Below, one piece after another: positions 1 through 10,272 of a DNA stretch of 64,000 nt (within the stretch, counting starts at the first letter, position 1; each line of letters opens with the position of its first letter). The position numbers and the translations under genes were made by a program. Origin of the DNA: an uncultured Verrucomicrobiae bacterium (lineage in GTDB: Bacteria > Verrucomicrobiota > Verrucomicrobiia > Chthoniobacterales > JAFAMB01); the NCBI GenBank assembly GCA_963782115.1, contig CAWAIK010000001.1, forward strand, positions 1 to 64,000. The letters run 5' to 3'. Below the pieces are notes generated by a model, which saw nothing but the letters and a program-made list of their open reading frames with translations, had not been told where the DNA came from and did not search any database.

Positions 1-698
1 ATAACGGTCGGGAGTGATCCCTTTGCGTAGATCGTCTAAGGTTTCTTGTTGATTCACAGTGTCGGCTGAGGTTGGAGCGACCACGGGAGCTTGAATTCGC
101 GAACCGAGTTTTGAAAGAAACTTGATGACGCAGACCCCGATTGTTCCGAGAATCACAAAACCGAGGATGCCGCCTACACCATTGCCCGGAGAGACAGATT
201 GCGAAGAAGGGGCGGCAGATCGCTCTTGAATAGGAGTTGCGGAAGGGTACCAAGGCGGAGTCGTGGTGGCGTAGGGCGTCGCTGTACCAAGGGGTGTCGG
301 ACCAGCGTAAGCGGGTTCCGTGGCAATGTGATACCAGCTACCAGTCCCGAGGAGCTTCGTAAATTTTAGCGCCTTTCGTGGGTCTGATATTTCCGCCGTA
401 AAGCTTCTGTTTGGCCAGCGTTTAATTCAGGATTTGCAAGAATAATCTTGCCCGCGTTCACTTCTTGCCCATTGGCATCATAACCTACTAAGGCCGGTGT
501 TATCAGGTTAACGGAGCCTGAATTTGTGTTGGTCAGCGGACCGTGGACGACCAGAGTGTCTATTTTCCATTCGTTACTCGTGATTTTGGAAGTAATGCTC
601 GTGGAGCCGGGAAGTCCCGCAGCTATTCCGTTATCGGCTTGTGAATTCGCCGTCACCACTAGGCTTAGGGCGATTAGGCAGAGTTTCAGCATTTTCAT
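1..698 (-). pseudogene. Secreted FxLYD-like domain protein with a Pro/Thr-rich linker and a TM helix; 1-nt frameshift near 402; runs off the window start
   Basis: Signal peptide MKMLKLCLIALSLVVTANSQA; domain text VHGPLTNTNSG...VGYDANGQEV...PELNAGQTEA; after the shift it reads FTAEISDPRKALKFTK...GILGFVILGTIGVCVI. Confidence 0.55.
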
Positions 699-741
699 GA
701 CCGCATTCGTTTCGGTGAGCTTCTTGAACGAAGGTTCTCCG

Positions 742-1185
742 TTAAACATCAAATACCTTCAGCATCTCTTCGCCAAAGTGGTTTATAACCTTCACGGCGA
801 TTTTACCCGATCTGGGCTTGTCGAATGGGCGACTCACCGTGCTATAGAGGCTTTGCCATGCGTCTTCGTTAATATCAGCGCGTAGAGCCCGTTTAAGCTT
901 CTCATACGGCTCGTCGGCCCCGGTGAAGGAGGCATGGCGCACGAAGAAGCTTTCACCATTGTAATCGGTGTCGATAAACCAACAGGCAATATCGTCGGTG
1001 GATGCGCTGCGAATCTGACCAGTGGCAGGATCGTAGACATCCACGCCTTTGATCTCAGCGACGATCTGACGATTCTTCTGCTTCGTTATCTCTCCACGTC
1101 CGGCTCGCCAAAGACCATGAAGAGATTACCCGCGCCGGTCTTCTTCAAGAGTTCAACGCCCATTGCAAGGTCCGGGTTTACCTTG
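742..1185 (-). pseudogene. C-terminal remnant of a site-specific DNA methyltransferase (type III Mod-like)
   Basis: LLKKTGAGNLFMVFGEPDVE ... DVYDPATGQIRS..DDIACWFIDTDYNGESFFVRHA ... GKIAVKVINHFGEEMLKVF is the typical C-terminus of this family; the N-terminal catalytic part is absent. Confidence 0.75.
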
Positions 1186-1894
1186 GCTGGAAGGACCGAC
1201 AACTTTCATTTATCCTTCCACTTGCGATCGCCCAAGTGCGCGAGGGCCAACCAACTGACCGCAGCACTGCCCGCCAAAGGTACGGCGGCAATACTCGTGC
1301 CCCGAGGCCGACTTGCTGTCGGCACCGAAGTTTAAACGAGGACGGCGATTCGACTGGCTTTACGAACGGATGGTGTCCACTGGGCGATTGGAATCGGTGC
1401 TGTTAAAAACCTTGGATCTGCCGGAGGTGGTGTGGCACCGCTTGCGATCCGAAGCCGACCATGAACTTCGGGCGACCCTAATTTGCTTGTTGATGGCAGC
1501 ACTGGCCGCGAAATGGCGCGGCTGCAATCATTGGCGAAGCTGAAGGCGGTTGGTTCTGGTTACCGCCGTGGAGGTCGAAACCAAATACGCAGCGGTTGCC
1601 AACAACTGCAAAGCCATACCACGCCACCGGTCCTTTTCGATTACGAGCTACCGGTCTGATGTTTCATTTCCTGCTTAGGGTTCGCGCTAGGCGCTGGATG
1701 ATCGCCGTGGTCTCCGGTCGTGCAACTCGTCAGAAAAGCGAATGCTGCGAGGAGTACAGGTGCCACGATTTTAGATATTGTCCCGTTTGACATCTTTTAG
1801 CGTATGAATGCTTCATTCTGATTTTACAATCAAAAACCCCTCGGGGAAGGAATCGGAAGCAAGATCGTCCTACACCTGAATTCCGATATCCCCA

Positions 1895-2119
1895 TTGCAA
1901 TCCTTCATAGAGTTTCGGAATCGACTTAGAATCGAATCAGCAACGAAATTACTGGCCAAGCCGAACCAAAGCGTCAGCGAAATTGCTTACAGCGTGGGAT
2001 TTCAATCGTTGACTCAATTCAATCGACTTTTCCGGCGGATCGTCGAGCAATCACCAACTACATTTCGGTGCAGTTTGATTAAAGATCGTGATTTGATGCC
2101 GGTTTCACCTCATCCATAA
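1895..2119 (+). pseudogene. AraC-family HTH C-terminal fragment
   Basis: RIESATKLL..SVSEIAYSVGFQSLTQFNRLFRRIVEQSPTTFR. Confidence 0.75.
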
Positions 2120-2124
2120 AGAAT

Positions 2125-3060
2125 GTGGGAACGCCGCTGATGAACGGGAATAAATTCCAACGTGAGCATGACATAGTCCAACGATTTGTGCGTTTGTTGG
2201 GGTACACCCAATTTTCTCTTGCCGATCCGAATGCCGGTCAGAAAACTGATACCGGCGCGGACGTATTGTTGACGTTGGATGGTAGCCGATACGGAATCCA
2301 AGTTACGGAATATCACTCCGACGAAGGAATGAATCCGGACCAGAGGGAAGTGACCTACGGCGTCAAGAAACAGTGCATAAAGCGAGCACCACTCCCTACG
2401 CCATATATGGTAATCCGAGTCCTTGGACGGCTCTTGCAAAGCGAATCGCAGATAAGTCCAAAAAGCAATTTTCACCGAATGCTTGCATTTGACGAGTTGG
2501 TCCTACTCATTGTTGCGTCAGTACCGGAACTGGGTGCCGTAGGTTCGACGTTCTTGTTAGACCTAGCGTTGAATCTCGAACGGATGAACGCGACATTCTC
2601 TCCAAATCTTCAATCGAGTGCATATTCCTCCGCTTATCTGTACAACATGATGGGAAAGGGCGGTCCGTCAGTTCACGAATGGACTAGGAATACTGGTACT
2701 TGGAGAAAAATTCCCCGGAAAGATGAACCGGAAAAAGACGCCACGCAGCGGCAAATGAATCTAATGAACAGAGACCTTCACCAAGCCACGCGCAAAATCT
2801 TAATGACTGAAGGAGATGGAAAATTGGCCCCGACGGATGACGATCCCGATTTTCTGTTCGTCCATTCCTTGGTCAATTACGCCAAAGCCAAACAACAGGC
2901 CGCAGGTATTATGAAAATCCTGCACGAGAGGCAATCCGATGAAAGGAGGCTGGATTCGGAAACCTTCTTTCGGGAGCTTCTGATAAAATACGTTCCAAGC
3001 ATCGCGCCTATAGAGGCCGCAATCCTTTTCAAGGCTATAGTTAAAGACAACGAATCTTAA
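2125..3060 (+). CDS. Hypothetical protein (possible PD-(D/E)xK-like motif)
   Basis: 311-aa ORF; motif ADVLLTLDGSRYGIQVTEY. Confidence 0.55.
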   Translation: MGTPLMNGNKFQREHDIVQRFVRLLGYTQFSLADPNAGQKTDTGADVLLTLDGSRYGIQVTEYHSDEGMNPDQREVTYGVKKQCIKRAPLPTPYMVIRVLGRLLQSESQISPKSNFHRMLAFDELVLLIVASVPELGAVGSTFLLDLALNLERMNATFSPNLQSSAYSSAYLYNMMGKGGPSVHEWTRNTGTWRKIPRKDEPEKDATQRQMNLMNRDLHQATRKILMTEGDGKLAPTDDDPDFLFVHSLVNYAKAKQQAAGIMKILHERQSDERRLDSETFFRELLIKYVPSIAPIEAAILFKAIVKDNES

Positions 3061-3582
3061 TCGTGCCGATGAGACCGGATGGGACCCAGACGCTCCCGGC
3101 GACCGCACAGTCGGATCGCCTCGTCGGCCCAGATTACGAGATTGGTCGCGATATGTTTTCGCTTGAGTTGGTCATTGGTCTATCCCGAAACGTAGCCGAA
3201 AGCGAAATGCGTTCCAGATCGCGGATTCATGTGTGTACTAGATCTAACCAAACATATTTGAAATTTTCTGACATTCTCTCCATTCCCTGTGGGTAGCTTG
3301 GTTAGCGGCTTCAGCCCTCGTAGCGCTGCGCTACGCCTGCTCAAGGTCGAATCCGACATAAACGGCATCCTTCCCGCCGGAGGCGGGCCCCTGCACATTT
3401 ATTTCGTTTCTCCCTTGATCAGGCTTCGCTCCGCGCTGGGAGGTAACGGTATTTTGCGTTCGACAGCACTTCGCTCGTTCCTCGCTGCGGCTGTCAACCT
3501 GCAAAAGCTTTTGGGACTTTGTTCGGAAGGCGACCCGGGGATTTGCGTTTTGCCGGACAGGCGGCGGACCAGTTTTTTCTAT

Positions 3583-3966
3583 TTAGCCCAATTGTGCAAT
3601 TTTGGCAGTGGGATAGCCAAGGACCGTGATGATCCGGCCGGACTTGCGATCGATGTAGACAAATGCGCGGCCCTCAATGCGGTAGTTACCTTTCCAGCCG
3701 ATGGCGTAGTGAGTGTCTGTTTCCTCGAAGTCGATGGGTTCCGGATCCCCATCGCGGGCGAGTCGGGCACTAAATTGACATGAGGGGTCCAGCATCCATG
3801 CATCCCCGGTTTGGGTCGAAAAGAATACCAGCGGTCCGGTGGTGACAAAGCGTCCGTCGTGTTCAGCCGCCTGACGCTCAATGTATTTTATCTCCTTAGC
3901 CAGGCGAAAATCCTTGCCCTTCATCCATTGTTTTGCTGGTCCACTCTTGATCTTTTTAGGGTTCAC
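3583..3966 (-). CDS. Hypothetical protein, passenger in the insertion element
   Basis: 127-aa ORF with GGAGG RBS and GTG start, divergent from the 538-aa gene. Confidence 0.7.
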   Translation of the reverse strand: MNPKKIKSGPAKQWMKGKDFRLAKEIKYIERQAAEHDGRFVTTGPLVFFSTQTGDAWMLDPSCQFSARLARDGDPEPIDFEETDTHYAIGWKGNYRIEGRAFVYIDRKSGRIITVLGYPTAKIAQLG

Positions 3967-4001
3967 GTTGTCCTCCAGTTTCGGAGTAGAGTCAAGTTCC
4001 C

Positions 4002-5618
4002 ATGGAACTGTTCGAAAAGCTTTTCGGTGAGCTGCTGCTCTTTGTATACCACTGCTTCGATCGGATCGTCATCAACGGCTATTTGAGCGGATTGTCTCGG
4101 CCCGAGCAAGTGGTTCATTTCTTTCGCCAGGTGATCGCAGTTCCCATCCTGAGCAAGGAGGTGATCGCTCAGCGTACCAATGACTACCAGAAGTGGGTGG
4201 AAGCCTTTGCCGCCAACCACCAGATCCCCATCCAGTGGGCCGAAAAAGGTGTCCGTAAAGAAGATTATGTGCTGCCTTGGTTGCGCCGAATGCGCAAGAA
4301 GAACGCCTACGGAGTTTATTTCATTTTCAAGAGCATGGAACAAGGGCCCACCTTCCGGATCAGCGTGAAGTATCCGACCAAGGACCCCAACCACCGGATC
4401 CTGGCGCCTCAACGCAGCCGCTTCACGCACTACTACTTCTACATTTACGATGAAGTGCTTGGAGCGATGATCATGCGCTTAGCGTCATTCTTGCCCTTTC
4501 AGGCCACCTATTATCTAAACGGCCACTCCTTTATCGAACAGGAGCTCAAGAAAGCCCAGGTCGCCTTCCGCAAGAACGATAACGCATTTCTAGCCATCGA
4601 CGATGTCGCGGCATTGCAGGCTGCCGCCGATCGGCTTAGTCCCCAGATCATTCAAAAGCAGCTCGACTACTGGACACTGATCCTGGGACCGAAGTTCTCC
4701 CGCGCCGAGCGCAATCAGATCAACCTGTCGCGCTTTTACGCCATCGGGCAGATAGAGTACTGCCGCAACTTCATCTTCAAGCGCAACTTCCCGATCCATA
4801 AGATTTTCGAGCGCAGCTGCGAGATCGGGCTTTGGCGACTGACTGCCAACCGGATCTCGGAACTCTTCGGCGTGCGACTCCATAAGCGACTGGGCGGTAA
4901 ACTGGGCACCGTCATCGATCAGATTGAACATGGTCATCATGTCTTCCGTGCTTACTGGAAGAATGCATTTTTGAAGCAGTACGAAAAGTTCTCTACCTTG
5001 CTGCGCAATGAACTTTGCTCAAATAACCTCTCCGACTTTGCCCTTAAGAAAGGCCTGCAGAATTTGAACGCGGTACGCACCAAGTTCCTGGCGATCACGG
5101 ATCGGTTTGCCCGACTCCAGGCCCAGTGGTTAAACGTCCACGTGGACTTTCCTTTGCTCCAGCGCATGGCCTTGCCGATCGTCACCGGCTCGGTCTATTA
5201 CGCGGGTATAAAGATCCATGAGACCCGCATCATCCGGCTCTTGGAGGTTCTTCTGCATGCCGGCAACAATCTCGGCGGCTGGAGCGCCAAGCACATTCAT
5301 CAAGTCATTCTCCAGAGCTTCCAACTTTCCGAAAAGGCCTACGGTCTCAACCAACTTCGCTACGACCTGCGCAAACTCAAAGGCCACGGTCTGCTCGAAC
5401 GTCACGGCTCACGATACGCCTACCGCCTGACCAGCAAAGGCTTCCAAGTCGCTCTGCTGTTTTTATTCTTCCACAAGCGTCTGTGCGGCCCGCTTGCTAA
5501 CAGTCGCTTTCACCACCAACCAGACGCCGACTATCGGCCCAAGAGCAAACTTGAAGCTGCCTATTATAAGGCGGACAGGGCCATCCAAGACATTGTCAAT
5601 CTCCTCGATGCTGCGTGA
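4002..5618 (+). CDS. Putative transposase/replication-initiator-like protein with a C-terminal winged HTH (family often mis-annotated as MarR)
   Basis: 538 aa; motifs HCFDRIVINGY, HYYFYI.D..LG, LNGH, KQYEK..LLRNE and wHTH YDLRKLKGHGLLER..SRYAYRLT. Confidence 0.75.
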   Translation: MELFEKLFGELLLFVYHCFDRIVINGYLSGLSRPEQVVHFFRQVIAVPILSKEVIAQRTNDYQKWVEAFAANHQIPIQWAEKGVRKEDYVLPWLRRMRKKNAYGVYFIFKSMEQGPTFRISVKYPTKDPNHRILAPQRSRFTHYYFYIYDEVLGAMIMRLASFLPFQATYYLNGHSFIEQELKKAQVAFRKNDNAFLAIDDVAALQAAADRLSPQIIQKQLDYWTLILGPKFSRAERNQINLSRFYAIGQIEYCRNFIFKRNFPIHKIFERSCEIGLWRLTANRISELFGVRLHKRLGGKLGTVIDQIEHGHHVFRAYWKNAFLKQYEKFSTLLRNELCSNNLSDFALKKGLQNLNAVRTKFLAITDRFARLQAQWLNVHVDFPLLQRMALPIVTGSVYYAGIKIHETRIIRLLEVLLHAGNNLGGWSAKHIHQVILQSFQLSEKAYGLNQLRYDLRKLKGHGLLERHGSRYAYRLTSKGFQVALLFLFFHKRLCGPLANSRFHHQPDADYRPKSKLEAAYYKADRAIQDIVNLLDAA

Positions 5619-5673
5619 TACTGCTGCTTGCAAATCTTCGACCAATTATGTCTATGATTTTGGAGGCAAGAAT

Positions 5674-6354
5674 CTAGAGAGCTTTGCGAGACTTCCTCAA
5701 GCGGAGCGAGAAATCGTCCGGCAGTTATTGGATGAATTCTGGTCGCAGCGGGTCGCCGCAATCAGGTTTCCCGTTCCCTTTGGTCCCAAAAGCATCAATG
5801 AACGGCGTAGATTTCTCTCGCCGATCTACAAGTTGGTCCGGTATCATCGACTGATTTTTGATAGCGTTGAGGATGGGGTATTTCGCTCGACCTACCTGCC
5901 TTGGATCGATTCAATCACGCAGGTCAAGGCCGGGGAAAAGGAGGAAATCGAACTACGCCTAAATAGCAACTACGAGAATGTCTGGCGGGTGTTGAAAGAA
6001 CGTCTGGACGAAACCGCTGTCCGTCTGAAAAGCCAATATTCCAGTCGCCTTTACCTATGGGCCAAGCAGTACATTGTAGTCGGACACAAGCGAGTAAGCG
6101 TTGGTACCTTGCGGAAGATTTTGGGCTTGGAAGACGTTAAGGATAACTCAGGAAGAGTCGTTCAGGACGCGCCTCTTGAACTTTGGGCCAACCTTAAGCA
6201 ACGGGCGCTTGATCACGCCTTGAAGGAAATCAACAAGCAAAGTGACATTCAGTTGGAACTTGAATTCGTCGGGCGGGGTGCTTTTCGCAAGGTATTGAGT
6301 TTGGGTTTTCGAATCACTGCGAGAAAAAATGCCAGAGGCAAGGGAGCGGCTTGA
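5674..6354 (+). pseudogene. Rep_3/RepB-type plasmid replication initiator, 5' end separated by the insertion (ATG at 3229)
   Basis: RLKSQYSSRLYLWAKQY...LRKILGLED...WANLKQRALDHALKEINKQSDI..GRKVLSLGFRI resembles the Rep_3 winged-helix motifs. Confidence 0.7.
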
Positions 6355-6439
6355 GTCTTCTTCCATCAGAGCAGCGTCCCAACTCGTGGATCAGAGATCA
6401 AAATTGCCCCCGGATACAAGCTCGATCGGCGCGGTAATC

Positions 6440-6615
6440 TCGGCGTCGTTATTTTTTGGACTATTCCACGAGCACTGATCGGCCACGCCATCATTCGGTC
6501 TGCCGGAAAGGGGACCGAGACCTCTTTTCCGGCTTCACCAGATAACCAAGCATCGCGGTGCTCTTCCGGTAGGATGACCGGAATCGGGGTCTGGATCTCT
6601 CGCACAAACTCACTC
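6440..6615 (-). pseudogene. SRAP (SOS response-associated peptidase) C-terminal fragment
   Basis: EFVREIQTPIPVILPEEHRDAWLSGEAGKEVSVPFPADRMMAWPIS. Confidence 0.7.
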
Positions 6616-6785
6616 GCCAACAATGATCGTACTACTCTTGGCGCTTGAACCGTTAGAATCTGGCCCCGTTAAAAATATTTGGAAATGACAGCGGGATCGA
6701 GCATGGAATGTAAGACAGTGATACGGAGTAAGGCCGCTTGGGCCTCCATCCTCCCGCTAGTCGCAGTGCGAATTGATAAAAAAAT

Positions 6786-7298
6786 ATGAAAAGAATTCTA
6801 TTTGGTTTATGCGCGTTGAGCTTATTTACCGGTTTAGCTTTAGCTCCGAAAGCAGCGGCTCAGACCATTACGATTACGGTAGGTCCGGCGACGGATGATT
6901 CGTATTGGGTCTGGAATGACGAATATCAGTGTTGGATTTGGAATGGACCCGAATTTCAAGGCGATTATGAAGGGCATCCGTATAGCTATTGGCACGGGCG
7001 TCATGAAGGCGGCGGAGATCGCAATCACCGCCCCGGTAAAGGCGAGAGCAGTGAGGGCGAACGTCCCGTCAATAAAGGCAACGTAGAACAGCCTAGAGTT
7101 GAAATTGATAGAACGCAAGAAACCCAGCCCAAAGCGGAGCTAGAGAAACCAAAGGAGCAACAGCGGAAAACTGAAGTCGAGAAGCCTAAGGCGGAAGAGA
7201 AGACCAGAACGGAGAAGCCGAAAGAGGAAGAGAAGTCAAAAACAGAAAAGCCTAAACCGGAAGAGAAAAAAGACGACTCAAAGCCAAAGGGAGAATAA
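6786..7298 (+). CDS. Secreted hypothetical protein with a Trp/Tyr-rich domain and a Lys/Glu-rich repeat tail
   Basis: Signal peptide ending AAAQ; EKPK repeats. Confidence 0.75.
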   Translation: MKRILFGLCALSLFTGLALAPKAAAQTITITVGPATDDSYWVWNDEYQCWIWNGPEFQGDYEGHPYSYWHGRHEGGGDRNHRPGKGESSEGERPVNKGNVEQPRVEIDRTQETQPKAELEKPKEQQRKTEVEKPKAEEKTRTEKPKEEEKSKTEKPKPEEKKDDSKPKGE

Positions 7299-7818
7299 CG
7301 ATTGTTAACTAGCATCCTGCTCGCTCATGTACTCGCCGTTAGCGGAGGTCCCGGTGACCGGCTGATTCTTAAGGCCCTATCTGGAAAAGAGGAGACCGGC
7401 CATCACCCCCGAAAACACAAAGGACCAATGACCGGCCTTCTTCTTGCCACGGGCTGTCCATTTCCAGTGGCAATATCAGGTTCGTCAATGGAGTGCCATG
7501 CTGGATCTGTCAATCGGTTGACTGTATGAGGACCGGCCACCGGTCATATCTTGCATAAAAGCCAATGGCCGGTAGGCCTGTTCACCGGCCTCAAAGATGT
7601 ATTCCAGCGTGGCACCGTCCTTTGGCCGCAGCTCGGTATCGAAACAGCTCTACCGACATGGCTGGAACCGCCAGCAAGAGAGTGATTAGGATTGTAGCGA
7701 GGGGAAGCATTTCAGGCGTCAGGAAAACTGGACCGGACTGGCCCTCAGTACGAACACATTCGGCATATCGAAGCACCCTGTACCTCCCTGTGGCGTGTCT
7801 GCTAGGATACCAGCTTCT

Positions 7819-8016
7819 CTAAGTTCTATTCTGCTCTACTAAAAGGCATCGGTACTCGTAATATTCCTCGGCATCTTGTAATGATCTTGCCGAATATCGG
7901 TTCTCTTTGTCTTTAGCTTTCCACAGGACGGCATATCGGTTTTCAGAGTAACGCTCTTCCCAATCCTCCATCTGGATTGTAGCGGCCTGTATCACTGTGC
8001 TTTTAAGGATTTTCAT
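7819..8016 (-). CDS. Small hypothetical protein
   Basis: 65 aa with an AAGGAG RBS. Confidence 0.5.
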   Translation of the reverse strand: MKILKSTVIQAATIQMEDWEERYSENRYAVLWKAKDKENRYSARSLQDAEEYYEYRCLLVEQNRT

Positions 8017-8730
8017 CTATGATTCTCCTTGGTTAAAAGGCCAGATCGCCTATCGGAATGAATTCTACGAACACGTGATGACTTTGCTGGTAAAACAGGA
8101 GGATTTTGTCTGACCGGAAGATCCCGTGTCCTGTCTAACGTGTGTCACACTCGTCCACATTATTAGCAGCTTCACTCGATGCTCTCACGATCCCGTTGCT
8201 TTCGCGCAACTGAAAGAACACGCGCCCACTGAATGGTCATTTAGCTCTCTGGAAGAAGGCGAGATCGACGACGACGACTGTTGGAAAAAGCCTTCCTGAC
8301 GGATTCTTCAAAACGTGCTGAAGGTGTGCCAGCTCTCGGTTTGCCATTGTTTTCCCTTAGATTCCTCACCAATTCGTTCCTTTTCCAAATTTATTGGATC
8401 AAACCGTGCACTTTCAGGGAGGTCCGGATGAATTGCCTTCGTCGCTTTTTTCTTTGGTGTCGCGGCTCTCATGGTTCATCAAGCTTACCTGCCTTTAGGG
8501 CCCGTGTCACTGCTTTTTCTCAGATTTGCAATATTTTTTACAAATATTGATATTTAAGAACGAGGCGCTCCGGAAAGCTCCGGCTCGGAATTACATGGGG
8601 CGTGGACAAGTTCATTCCGCTCATCAGCCGATTCCATGAATGTATTTGCAGCTTCCTTGATCGTTCGACTCGTTTACCGCATTTTTGAATTTTTTACCGA
8701 CTGTTCTCGCCGTCATCGCAAATCTCCATT

Positions 8731-9240
8731 TCACACCATGATTTCAGCGTCGTTATTTTTTGGACTATTTACACGAGAACTGATCGGCCACGCCTTCATT
8801 CGGTCTGCCGGGTATTCGCCGTTTGCGGGATCTTTCCATCCCTCCCACAACCCGGCAAACACGAATGGAGAATCGTCCTTCATGCCGATCGAGTACGGAA
8901 TTTTGCCGCCCGGAACTTTTTTCCATTCGAAAAAGCTATCCGCCGGAACGAGGCAGCGCCGCTTTTTGAACGCTTGACGATACGATGGAGCGGAATCGAC
9001 CGTTTCAGCCCGCGCATTGATTGTCTTGTATGCGATTTTTGGATCTTTGGCCCAGTTCGGCATCAGGCCCCACCGCAAATTGTCCAAGGTGCGCTGCTTG
9101 GTTTCAGGGTTGAAACGAATCGCAAGGACATCCTGAGTCGGAGCAATGTTCCAACTGATCGGCAGATCCCGTTGTGGCGGTATCGGAATATGATACCGGC
9201 GAGCCAGTTCATCTTCCGAAGTGGCTCGTCTGCCCCGCAC
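8731..9240 (-). pseudogene. SRAP family protein with a damaged start and an internal deletion
   Basis: SWNIAPTQ, LRWGL.P.W, INARAETV, RRCLVPADSFFEW; lacks the N-terminal MCGR motif and jumps WKDPANGE|YPADRM. Confidence 0.8.
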
Positions 9241-9299
9241 CTATTAAGTAGAAAATTTCAAAGCTAGATTTCACCCTTTAATGCGCTTCCGCGACTTCC

Positions 9300-10193
9300 T
9301 TAACGACCGTCAGCGTCCAACCGGGGAGATTCTTGGTGGTCATCAGCTTTTCCAACTAGCTCCTGTAGCTGCTCCACTGCGAAGGAGTACGCCTCCTCGG
9401 GAAAGTCGTAACCGAAAGCATTCGCAACCTCTCGCCCGAACTTATCGTAGAAATGAAGATTCGCCTTCAGTGCGCGTTGGACATCCTCCAGCGCATACTT
9501 TGCAAACGTACCGGGCAGGGCTCGCACAATCTCCTGCTCAGTCCAGTGTTCCAGAAATCTGCCTTTATGCCAAGTGTCGCGCTGGCCTTTCGCTTTGGCG
9601 TGCCATTCGATTAAGCGAAGGAGCAGGTTTTGCAAATACCCATTGCAGGATGATGTAGCCACCCACAACTCTCCCCGTCGGGCTTTCTTAGCTGCCAAAA
9701 GAACGTGATACAGGAAATCGTGTCCCGTTTCATGCCACAACGAGTCGGTTGGTAACTTATCGGCTTTTTCAGGCCAACGAGCAATGTCGGTAAGCCGTTC
9801 CGCCAGACGATCTTTATCCACGAGAATCTTAAACCCTTTTCTAAAAACATCAGCGATCTCGGCGGGAATCTGTTGTCCGACCATTTGCTGTATGGCCTGA
9901 ACAGGCACTAGAGAAAAATCAATATCTTTCCCGTCCTTGAATGCCGCTCTCCGCTCTTTAAAATTTCCGGTAGCTGTCGGTTCCACAAAGGTTAGACAGG
10001 GTTCTCCGAAGGTAAGAAGCCAACTCGCTTCCGAAAGAAAAACTGATGGGTCGCTGACGATTACAAGCAGATCAAGATCGGACATATTATCTGCGGGCAT
10101 CTCGCTGCGGGCCCATGATCCCAAAATAACTCCGGCTAGTACATCGGGCCGACGTTTAGCCCAAGTTAAGAAGCGATCAATCATGTCACGCAT
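9300..10193 (-). CDS. Aminoglycoside 6-adenylyltransferase (AadK/ANT(6))-like nucleotidyltransferase
   Basis: GSWAR..ADNMSDLDL nucleotidyltransferase motif; RGELW and DTWHKGRFLEHW motifs. Confidence 0.8.
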   Translation of the reverse strand: MRDMIDRFLTWAKRRPDVLAGVILGSWARSEMPADNMSDLDLLVIVSDPSVFLSEASWLLTFGEPCLTFVEPTATGNFKERRAAFKDGKDIDFSLVPVQAIQQMVGQQIPAEIADVFRKGFKILVDKDRLAERLTDIARWPEKADKLPTDSLWHETGHDFLYHVLLAAKKARRGELWVATSSCNGYLQNLLLRLIEWHAKAKGQRDTWHKGRFLEHWTEQEIVRALPGTFAKYALEDVQRALKANLHFYDKFGREVANAFGYDFPEEAYSFAVEQLQELVGKADDHQESPRLDADGR

Positions 10194-10272
10194 AGGTGCA
10201 GCGAGCTAAAAACATAAACGGGCAGGACTCATAATATCCCCCAAAAGCGAACTGTAGAATCGTCTTTCATGT

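Larger units (their letters stand above)
3242..5677. mobile_element. Unclassified ~2.4-kb insertion element inserted at CTAG
   Basis: CTAG at 3238-3241 and 5674-5677; removing the segment between them joins ATG TGT GTA CTA G|AG AGC TTT in frame to the Rep_3-like ORF. Confidence 0.65.

Noticed and set aside
5494..5673. N-terminal extension of the Rep_3 ORF
   Set aside because: It overlaps the 538-aa gene and the element end, so it is read-through from the inserted element
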